Source: Lama glama (lineage: Eukaryota). Taken from it: a stretch of 64,000 nucleotides of DNA. A program made the translations under genes and the position numbers. The notes below the pieces were generated by a model, which was given only the letters and a program-made list of their open reading frames with translations, ran no database searches and was not told the origin of the DNA. Location of the stretch: NCBI GenBank assembly GCA_028534125.1, contig CM052832.1, positions 20,214,001 through 20,278,000 on the forward strand. The letters are read 5' to 3'. Shown one piece after another: positions 27,166 through 37,700 of this stretch. Each line of letters opens with the position of its first letter. Position 1 is the stretch's first letter.

Positions 27166-27274
27166 GGGGAAGGATATAGCTCAGTGGTAGAGTGTCTGTC
27201 TAGCATGCACAAGGTCCTGGGTTCAATCCCCAGTACCTCCATTAAAAAAGTAATTACCCACCCCCCCAAAAAAG
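27166..27274 (+). mobile_element. Camelid tRNA-Ala-derived SINE (Vic-1-like)
   Basis: GGGGAAGGATATAGCTCAGTGGTAGAG...GGTTCAATCCCCAGTACCTCCA, then 'taattacc' C-run and A tail. Confidence 0.9.
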
Positions 27275-27366
27275 AATAGATGAACCCAGTGAGGATTTTA
27301 ACAAGGAAGTAGAAATTATAAAACCCAACCAGAAATAAAGAATTCAGTAACTGAAAAAAACAATAA
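27275..27366 (+). mobile_element. L1 ORF1 coiled-coil region fragment
   Basis: 'gaatagatgaacccagtgaggattttaacaaggaagtagaaattataaaa...aagaattcagtaactgaaa' resembles L1 ORF1. Confidence 0.6.
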
Positions 27367-27977
27367 TGTGAATGGTGCCCTGTAGAGCAGTACTTGGTCA
27401 CCATGGTAGCCTTGTGAGAAGAATGTGTAAATGCGTGAGAGAAGTGAAAACACTTTATTGGAGGAAAAAAAATATCAGTAACATATTCTATTGTTTTCAT
27501 TAATTTACTAGAGCCTTTACATTTAATATTACCTTTACATTTAATAATGTTTAATATTTAAAAGAACCCAACACAACTTTCACAATGATCAATCCTATGG
27601 ATAATATGTCTGCATGCGTGTGGGTACATATTCTCCGTAACAATAAGAGTGAGTAAAGCAGTTTGAAGTACAGAGAGAAACTCTGAACATGGGACATAAA
27701 GCATATATAACATCGTGTGTGACTGAGCTAACGCTTGTCTGGTTGTGAGTGTGTCAACACAAAGCAGATTGGAGACTAAAAGAGCGATAATGGTTTTCAT
27801 CAGCTATGTTTGCACAATTCAAGTAAAGGCACAGATGGAAAGCATTCCAATCACAAAATTTTAACAGGCAGCATTGAGAGGAGAAAGAACAATTAAGTTG
27901 AGCCATGAGCTATTTATGACTTCAGTTGTCTTGAATCTTGAATTTTCTTTACCACCATGTAGCTGGGATTCTTTCTC

Positions 27978-28259
27978 TTTTTTTAAAAAATTTTATTGAA
28001 GTAACAGTCAATTTACAATGTTATGTCAATTTCTGGTATACAGTAGTTCAGTCATACATATAAATACATATATTTGTTTTCATATTCCTTTTCATTATAG
28101 TTTACTATAAGATAGTGAATATAGTTCCCTGTGCTATACAGTATAAACTTGTTTATTTATTTTATATATAGTAGTATCTACAAATTTCAAACTTGCAATT
28201 TATCCCTTTCCATCCCCTTCCCCCAGTGGTAACCATAAGTTTGTTTTCTACGTCTGTGA
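27978..28259 (-). mobile_element. Camelid-type L1 3'UTR fragment
   Basis: 'ttttattgaagtaacagtcaatttacaatgttatgtcaatttctggtatacag...gtaaccataagtttgttttctacgtctgtga'. Confidence 0.88.
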
Positions 28260-28340
28260 TTTGGGGTTATTTCTTGAATAAGTTTTGGCCTGAAGTATCC
28301 TGAAAGTGAGATTTCAATCTGATGGGGGAAAAAAAGGCTT

Positions 28341-28375
28341 TATTAATAACAATAATAATATAATAATAATAATAA
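28341..28375. repeat. Imperfect (TAA)n microsatellite
   Basis: Read directly. Confidence 0.85.
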
Positions 28376-28646
28376 GGTGCTGCTATCAGTATAAATAATA
28401 GATGACTTTTTGTTATCCTTTCTTGTGTCTAGTGTCTTTTTCTCCACCTTTTTTGTTGCACAATGGCTATGAATCCATCATCTTAGTCAAATGTGACAGT
28501 CATTGGCCAGACAGAGGTGACAAAACAAACAAAAAGTTGTAGTTTTAATATACTAGATTTTAATCTTCCTTAATAAATAAATGGACCAATCCATTTATTT
28601 ATAACCATAGTATCTAGCATACTGCCCTCAAATAGAAAGTAAAAGC

Positions 28647-28770
28647 TTTTTTGGGGGGAGGGATTAGTTAGGTTTCTTTCTTTATTTTTAATGGAGGTAC
28701 TGGGGATTGAATCCAGAACCTCGGGCATGCTAAGCACGTACTCTACCACAGAGCTACACCCTTCCCCGCC
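28647..28770 (-). mobile_element. Camelid tRNA-Ala-derived SINE inserted in an L2 3' end
   Basis: 'atggaggtactggggattgaatccag...ctctaccacagagctacacccttcccc'; flanks TAAAAGCTTTT and TAAATGCTTTT are TSD-like; surrounding sequence resembles the L2 tail. Confidence 0.88.
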
Positions 28771-30484
28771 ATAAATGCTTTTTTGAATGAGTGAATAAAT
28801 GTGTAACATTTATATGATAGACCAATATTCAGATGAACAGAATATTATCAAATATACATCATAATACAGTTATTCTAAATTTAATTCTGTGATTCAGGAA
28901 GAACTAGTATGTTATTTCTAGTCATAAACCAAAAGTATGAATAATAGTAGTTACAACATCAAATTTGGATTATTTTAGCTTTTGGTTATTTGGAGTCTTG
29001 GTAAGTATTGTATAATTTAGGTTAATTTCTGACGGTTTTTTTAAAAGCCTTGAAAACTTTTAAATTCTTTCCTATGAAATGGCTTAAAATCCCTTTCTTC
29101 ATTGTCTAACATGGTCTGGGCTTTAAGAAACGTCTCTTTCAGTAATTAACAAAGATAGAGGCACATGAAGCAACTTTTTCCACCAGAGCCATCATAGATA
29201 TGTCACTCATGACAGCTTTTTGGGTTCCACATAAACTCTTGACTCACCGAAAGAGTTATCAGTCTGACACGTGCCATGAAAATCTACCAAACTCAGATTG
29301 TTTTTTTCCCTCAATTTAAGTGATATTTATAGAAAGGTAAGAACTGTAGATTAAAAAGGAGGCTAGCCTACGAAGAGGATCTGTCAAACTGAAGAACCCT
29401 CCTTTCAGCATTACTTTCCGTGGTTTATTGAACTAGAATAACTCAGCAGTACTGCAGATGTTTGATACATCCTTTCCCTTCTAAGACCTTTATGTAGCAA
29501 CAGTAGAAGGGATTCTTTTAACATGCGCTTTATAATAACTAATAAAGGATTAATATGGGGGAAAGAAAACTACTTGTGTTGTGGCATGAACAATTTACAG
29601 TGTACACATTCCTCCCGTAAATATTTATGGAGAGCTGCCCACATGCCAGGAAATGTGCAGCTAAACAATGCACCATTCATCTTTGGGCCATACATAACAA
29701 GAAAAGTAGGTAAGATTCAGGTATAGTTGCAACCTATTAAATGGGATTACCTCCTTACCGTAGTATTTGTGACCTCATCCAGAAGCAGTGGGACAAGGGG
29801 TCTCAGTGGGGGTCTTCATTCAGATCTTTCCTCATCTTTAAAATTCTGTGGCTCTGGCTTCTCTCACTGTCTTTGAAAGACTGGCTGTACTGTGGTGTGA
29901 AATCCTCCACGGTAACAGTGGAGCATGGTCAGTTTCTGTAGTGGCAGTTCTTCACATTTCATCCTTATGTTCTCTGTGCCTCTATTAATCACAGCTCTAC
30001 GCTTGTATCATTTTGATATCTTCTGATTCCTGATTGCTGTTACCTAAATCTATGGGATGTTTGCAACCATTACAAGGAAAAAACTCTTGGTAGTGTTTTG
30101 AAATGTTTGCAAATGCATTCAAGCTTCAAGTCTGTGGTGGGGAGAGATTTATGCAGCTCCTCAAGTTAAGATGTGTTTAAAGTAACTTCTGAGATGAAAG
30201 CCCAAGGCCATTTACTGCCAGGTTTTCCCTTTGGTCCTGTAAAAAGGTCACTGTCTTCTTCAATACCATAGTCACCCCCCCACTGCAGCTGCAGGAGTTG
30301 AAAGATAGATCAGACCATTCTGCTACAATGTTTTTGCACTAGAATGTAAAGCAAACCCCCCTTTCAGGTGAGCTTCTATTCATTAATTAAGGCAAAGATT
30401 TCTTCTCTATAAGGCTATCAGCTAAAACCAAAAATTTTTGTTGCTGGTATGTTTTCCAGAGCAAATATTCATATTACTGCTGAA

Positions 30485-30660
30485 GCACTCATCATATTCC
30501 ACTGTAACCTAATTTTGTGTGTCTTCTCTAAGACGTTATAACCTTCTTGAAAGCAAAGGAGATATCTTTGTATTTGCATTTCTATTGCCTGGTTCAGTGA
30601 CAGATACATTGTAGATATGAGTAACAAATGCTTATAAAAGAAGTAAGTGAGTTAATTAAA
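30485..30660 (+). mobile_element. LINE L2 3' terminus
   Basis: 'aaccttcttgaaagcaaaggagatatcttt...tgcctggttcagtgacagatacattgtagat...aacaaatgctt'. Confidence 0.55.
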
Positions 30661-31999
30661 AACATGACTTTCTGCAGAAAAAGTCTGTATTAGTGGGTTT
30701 TGCTACTTAACTCTTTCATGCCTTTTACATAAGGGGTAAGTAGCAACTAAAAGAGAAAAGACAAACATTTAATTTTAATTTAAAAATCATGCTGTGATGA
30801 GAATTAAGCGGAAGTAATTTGACTTAATATCATGATACAGCTCAGGACACCGTCACTGTTCAGACAATAAAACATCTTCATAGTTTCAACTTGGCATTCA
30901 AGCAAATGTGAAGACTGGTGCCCCACTTCCCTCAGCTTTTGATATATGTGGCCAGACCACGCTGTCATGGACCCACCCTGTAAAGTCCTGGGTAACCAGT
31001 GGCTTCCTGCAAAATGACCATCTACTCGGTCAAACATTGGTAAGTGCAGGCTAGGCTGCTATCCCGCTGATGTCCATTACAAAGTGGTTAAATAGATGCA
31101 GCCCTTCTAAGAATGTATAGTCCTTTCCACCACATTCCTCATTCTTACAATGTGTTGAAAGACACTTGACGTGGCCTTTGTAACCTACCTAAATATGGCG
31201 ATTTAGAAGTCTGAGACAGAGTCAATGTCATATTGCTTGCAGCCCCTGGGATAAATACTTTCTGCAAATATGAAATCCTGCCTCATGTGGGAGGAGGGTA
31301 TTTTAGAATAATGCCAACTGAATTGTGTGGGCTGATACTCACTTTGTTTCCAACTGTGGGCATAAACAAAGGAACAGATTTATTCCTTCTGTCACCATTA
31401 CCCTGACACAAGTCCTAATACTCTAGGAAGAACTTGGCACTTAGAAGTGTGTTTTAGACTAGGAGTATTACATTTTATTTTTAAAAGAGTTTATAATAGT
31501 TGGAAGTTTGTGGATTGTGTGACTCTGGAGGTATATGAACATATGGAGAGCTCCTCATGTTTTGGGCAATGACTGGGATATATTTCACTCATAATTCAGT
31601 CAACAAATACAAAAAATGCGACAGGAATCTCTGTCACCATTAGATATCTTTTATGGCACTCTTTGGATGGATGTACTAATGTATTTTAATTATCTTTTAC
31701 TATCTGTGGATTCTGAAGGGAATGTTTAAGCACTTTTAGACCTTAATAGTTTTTGCCACTCATTCATGGCTGTTTTTTGTAATCCTCTCTTTACACTATG
31801 TACGTGTTACAGACTGCTAGAAACAAGGATAGGCTACTCTTAGGAAGAAGTGTCATCTTCAGGTCGGAAAATGTATTGCTACTGATTCTTGAAATTATAA
31901 AAATTAATGAGTGTATTTAAAGAAAGAATGAATGGAAGGAAACCTAGGATGAAGCACAACCCCAAGGCTGCGGAACATTGATACTTGGGCAGGATGTCA

Positions 32000-32207
32000 G
32001 CGCAGTTAAAAAGGGGGGCTCTGGACCCGCATCTTCAAGCTCCACTCTGCTCCTCTCCCTGCATCAATTTTCTCATACATAAAGCAGAGATAATAATAAT
32101 AACTCCATGTAGTTTTTGAAGAAATTAAATAAATAAATTAAGGCAAGGTAATAAAAACATGCTTGGGAGAAAATAATAAGTCCTCAATTAAATATGTTTA
32201 TTATTAG
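32000..32207 (+). mobile_element. MIR SINE
   Basis: 'gggctctggac...tcaattttctcatacataaagcagagataataata...taagtcctcaattaaatatgtttattatta'. Confidence 0.65.
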
Positions 32208-32369
32208 CTTGAAGACTAAGGTAAGAATTGGGGGGGATGCAGTCTGCCATTTAATGTTTTATAAATGCATCTAATGAAACAAAAAGATAAAAATACATGA
32301 AAGCATATGCTTGAGAATGTATGACCATGATTATAATAATGTACTTTAGATACATGGCCATCTAGTTGC

Positions 32370-34130
32370 CTGAGAAATATTACTGAGTATTTAGTATGAA
32401 CCAGGCCTCCTGAGGTGTTGAGAGACCTGGTCGCAGCCTCCCACCTTGGGGCTTATGGAGAAGGGAGAAGGTGAACACCAGGAACAGTGCTCTGTGTAAG
32501 CACCACGACAGATGCGAGAGGACAGGCTTCTCAGGCCATTTAGCACGTGCTCGAGACTGTAGGGCAAAGACGCAAGAGGTGTCATGTGAAGCAGTTTGGC
32601 TTTTATCCTTAGTCACGTGGCACATCTAAAGGATGTTTTTCATCTCACTATCCACATGGGAGGAGGAAACGGAGGAAGGCGTGGGGGGAGGCAGGGAAAC
32701 CGCTGGGCTTGCTATTTCAATAATCCATAATCTGGGAGTGCGCCAGTTGGTCTGAACCAAGGCAGTGGAGCTGGAGGAGTGAAGAGACAGACGATTTGAG
32801 AGACATTAAGATGAAAGAATATATATAGCATCGTTGCCACTAATTGGATTGAAAAGTTAAGGAAGCGAGAGAAAGAGAGTGATGGGTTGCCTGATTTAGT
32901 CGGCTGGGTGGATGAATACGTCACTCAGGTGAAGAACATGGAAGGATGAGGTGGAGGTAAGTAAGAAGGGGCTGGCTCCAGATTTGCATCTACTTAGAAG
33001 TGTATATGTCAATTCCTGCAAATGAAGTCCAGTTGATAGTAGAACATATTTTTCTGTTACACAGAAGAGAGGTCTGGATTGGAAGTGCAGACTTGGGAGC
33101 TACCACGTGGAAATGGCAGTTGCGGCCAGGAGAGCTGCATTTTCACCCAAAGAGAGTGGGTGAAATGGGACAAAAAGCAAAGGCTGATGATGTGATCCTG
33201 AGGAACACCAACATGTAAGAGATAGAAATGGAAACCAGCCAAGAATTGTCAAGAATAGTTACAGGAAAATCGGGACAAAGTAGTGTCACTGATGCCAAAG
33301 GAAGAGGGGTTGTAAGAAGGAACAAATTCAGCAGAGAATCTTAGTAGGTTGAAGAATTAAACATGTTATTTGACATTAGCATCTGGAAAGCCTTGGACAG
33401 GCTTGGTAAAATGTGTCTGGGTTGGGGGGCAGAGGTGCCTGTTTGTAGGAAAGTTGTAGAGGTAAGGAAGTGCTTTCTCTTTAAAGAAAGGTGAGCAGAG
33501 TAACAGCTAAAGGGAGATCGGTGGCCAAATGAATTTTTTGTTTCTGCTTTTCTTCTGGCTCTTGGATTGAAGATATTTAAACATGTTTGCCTGCTGAAAG
33601 AAAAAGGCTATATGAAAAGAGTGGACAACTTTTGGAGCAAAACGTGATAGGGTCCAGACAATAGAAGGACAAGTGTAGGAAAGGAGAGGGTGATGGTCTG
33701 GGGTACAGTTTGATGGCGATGGGTGCCAGTTTGAGGTATTCTTGATGGACTTTGTAGAAATGGAAAAGGATGCTTATCTATAAAGAACGATGATGAAGAA
33801 ATCAAGTAAAGGATTTGAAAAGAGCGTTGACTAAAACAGTGGATATAAAGAAGAGGAAAAGGAACCAATGAGCAAAGGATTGCTGGTTGACGTCCAAGCC
33901 CAGATGGAATGGCTTTGTAATGGTGGCACCAACTTCATGCTAGACCAGAACTCAGATTGTGCCTATAGGCTTAGGGTTAGAAGCCTATAATGAACGAAGA
34001 AGGTGCAGCAAAGTAACACTGCTGCCAGCTGTATGAACCGTGGGATGCTTAAGGAAGGTTGTAGAAATGGAATTGCTCTGAGGGGCGGAGTCTGTACTGT
34101 GTAGCAGAGTAAACACCCTAGGATGAGTGG
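32370..34130 (-). mobile_element. Long diverged L2 fragment
   Basis: Purine-rich antisense L2: 'tggtctgaaccaaggcagtggagctggagg', 'gagaggtctggattggaagtgcagacttgggag', 'gatcctgaggaacaccaacat'. Confidence 0.75.
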
Positions 34131-34613
34131 CTAAGAATTTGGGCATCGCTCTTGTGGAGGAAACCACATGTCCCCCACAGAATAGACACCCCTGAATGGT
34201 CTCAGAAGAGCTATGGCTGAGTGTACCCAGGCTACACCTTCCTGAGCAACGTGGCACACAAGGCTTTCTTAGGGAATTTCAGTTGTTTCTGACTCAAGGG
34301 TATTTCTTCACTTTTGAAGGCGAGTAAGGACCATCGGTCATAACCTCAGCAAGTTGTTTTTAGGCATCATACTAACTGTTCAGTCACATTCAGTCTAGTA
34401 ATATCATTAATTTTGAGGATGAAGCCTTGTGAAAAATCATACTCAGTTGTAGACTTCTCACTGCATGTCTGTCTCTCAGTCAGAGAAGTCTGAGTGATCA
34501 GATATACCAGTGTATGCTTTGTCTTCTGTTATTATACTGCAGATTCATATTTTTGTCCAGTTTTCTTAAACACATTTATAAAATTTATTGCATCCAACTT
34601 TTTTTTTGAGCAA

Positions 34614-34786
34614 GAGGCAGCACCCTAAAGAGAGACAGGAACAGAGCACGAATAGAGGGGTCCTGGGTTAGCATCCTAGTCCTGCCACTTACTAATGGGT
34701 ACCATCTAACCAGCCTCAGATTTCTTTCTTGTATAGAAAAGAAGGCTTGGCTTGATATTATTATAATTTCCAGTTCTGAAATCCTG
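34614..34786 (+). mobile_element. MIR (MIR3/MIRc-like)
   Basis: 'cctgggttagcatcctagtcctgccacttactaa...gcctcagatttct...ttccagttctgaaatcctg'. Confidence 0.65.
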
Positions 34787-37700
34787 TATAAAATAGAAAT
34801 CTTACTTTGCCATGGTCAATTTCAAGTGTAACATTAAAAGTCAAACAGCCGAGAACATCTGCGGTCGGGGAAGGGAGCAGGCTGTGCCCGTGTATTCTAG
34901 AAGCCTAATACTGGCACCAGAGTTTTACACTGCAATGGCATAATCATTCCTACCAGCGTGTTCCATTAGAGCTTGACTTACTGCCAGGGAATTCACCTGC
35001 TGACACAGTAAAACTCCTAACTGGAAGCATTAACATTGCAATGTCAGATGGGGAAAAAAATGTTCATAAATTCCATGAACGTGCACTGCTTTATTTGGGG
35101 TCCTGGTTGCAAACTCATTATTTATGCTGTGTACAGTAGGCCATCAACATATCCCACTGGGAAATTAGTTTGCAATTTAGAATCGTTTCAAAGTACAAGT
35201 GATTCTCAAGTCATTTTCTGAGGTTAAATGAGAACTCTTATTGCTTTCTGTAGGCTCAGAGGGAATTTTTACTCCGTGTGTTCCCTCCTCCCCCAGCTTC
35301 TGCTAGACTGTCTTGATTTTTCTTTCTTAAATGCACTCTGGTGCTAAATCTTTTTTTTTTCTTTTTCAATTTTTGAAAGCCAGTAAATAGAATGGTATTT
35401 GTTGCATTTTCTTGCTTGCTGGGACTGCTTAAGCACCTCACTTTCAATTACTGCTTTTATTCTTCGAAGACTCCTGAGAGGTTTCCTGTTCCCTGTGAAG
35501 GACATTGCTTAGCTAACATAGGAGTGATGTGGGAAGATTGGATGGCATCCACTTTAGGGTGCAGTGACTCACAGTCATCATTCCACTTCCATTCCAGCCT
35601 TCTCACTCCAGGGGCCGTGCCATGGGACAGGGATCCAGGCAGACTGCCTCCTAACTCCAGGTGATGTAAACTGGAGGTTGAACCTTGCTTACGGGCTTCT
35701 GAGCCCATAAGTATAGAACAAGTTATTAAGATAAAAAGTATTCCACTGATCTTTTCCACTTTCATACACCCCTTTATTTGATTCTTTCCTTTAGAACCTC
35801 CTTAAGCATTTGTTTAACTTTATTTCACATACCCTCTCAATCTCACCCCATCCCAGGAGAACTGACCTCAAACCATCTGGTAGATAATTTGTAACTCGAT
35901 ATTGTCCTTGGGGAATAAGTAACACTGTTTTAAGTGTACCATTTTACCCTTAATCATTCCCCCAAAGTAGCAAATAATCCATAGTGTGAAGGTCTTACAG
36001 AAAATTTTTTCTTTTCCTCCTTACTCAGTAAGTTGTTGAAATGCCGAAGTCTGATATTATTAGCTATAGTAAACAAAAATCAAACAGAAAATAAGTTAGA
36101 GTTGCTAAGCCCCAACAGGTAACTCCTCTCCTCCAACAGGAAGCACCAGAGTTTATCTGAAGCTGTGATTTCAACATTATCTGGTGGATTAGGAGGGTGC
36201 TTCCACAGCTAGAGACCAGAAAGTATACAGACCAAGGAGATTGGGTGTTTAGTTTCAAAATACATGAGATCACCAGTTTAAACATAGAAACTACACACAA
36301 AGAGTGCAAAGGAACAATGAAAGCAAGAGATCAACAGAGTAAATATCACCTAGAAATACTAACAGTCCTAAAGGTCAGAAATCCTTAGTTAAACAGAAAG
36401 ACCCATCCATTAAAAACAATCAATTACAAGATAACGTGAGAGTACGACACTGTGAATTCCCTTTAAAAGCAGAAGTTATTTAGCTAAAAGCTATTAGCTA
36501 GGTGCTTTAGAGGTATATACACAGAGCAGGTAACAAACAGAGACTGAAACTGAGAGAAAAGAAACCAAAAATTAAGTGCATTGGGAACTGCTTAATATCA
36601 AATTTCTAAGGCGTTGAGGAAAGGCTTTTGTTTCCTGGCTATCCAGCCCTGTGGGTCAGTGTGTCCAAGCTCTTTGTTGGTATTGCATGGGGGGAAAATC
36701 TGTTTACTAGTTACTGTATTCTGGCTTAGTCTTTTTGGCTGAAATCAGCCTAAAATGTTTTCCTTGATTATGGATAATACAAGTCTTTTTCTACTGCTGT
36801 TTGAATTTAAACATGCTTCAAAAATAATCCTCTTTTCCTTCAGGCTCTGAAAGAAGCAGGTGTTGGTTTGATTTTCTAGTGTTTTTTGGTACTTCTTTTC
36901 TTTCTAAAAGCTATATACGCTTTATAATTTGTTATCACCTATATTCAACTCACCTTGGCATCTGCTTGGTAAGGTCATAGGTCAGGCAGGTAGGTATGCT
37001 ACTTGGCATATGGAAGCTTAACATCTCTTAACCTGTAAGAATTCTCACGTAGAGGGTATTTATAAAGACATTGTTCATGTGTCCAGTAATTCTTTTTCCT
37101 CAACTTTCATATTGCTGTTTCCACTTTGAAATAGCATGCTCATTATTTATCATTAAAGCGCCAAATCTTCTCATATGCACAGAGATGGGCTGAGCCCATT
37201 AAACCTTCCCAGCTCTTAAGGACAGTGTCTTATTATTACAGCAACTTCAGAAATTCCTACATTTTTAATGTTTAAGTAGTTTATTAACAACAATTTCCTA
37301 CAATGTGGGGGAAAAAAACACAACCCAGTAGGATATGCTCTCGTGACTTTTCCATTTTCATAAACACAGTCTGAGCAAGAGAAGAGCTGGTTCTCTAGAA
37401 GCCAAGAGTCCACCTCTAGCTTCTCAAGCTGTTACCTGCTCTGAGTCCGTGACAGAGACTTCCTGGAAGGCCTATTACGATTACCGGAAGAAAAAACAAA
37501 AACAAAAACAGAAGATGAATATATCTTTCCTCTCTCCTCAAAGTGTTAAGTTTTGCTTGAAAGTCTTTTTTGAAACCATATGCCAAAAGGATGCTTCCTC
37601 TATCTAAATTAGGATCTGAATGATTGTGTAACTGAGTCCTTGAAAATAATTCCGTGGAGGCAAAATCCACGGTAAGTCAGTGTTGTCTGGATCACTAAAA

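Noticed and set aside
27166..27241. tRNA-Ala-like sequences (also at 20924, 28647 and 47737)
   Set aside because: They are diverged, have A-rich tails and mostly TSDs, so they are SINE heads and not functional tRNA genes.
36139..36204. 9-bp inverted repeat GGAAGCACC/GGTGCTTCC
   Set aside because: Short arms with a long, poorly paired interior; expected by chance.
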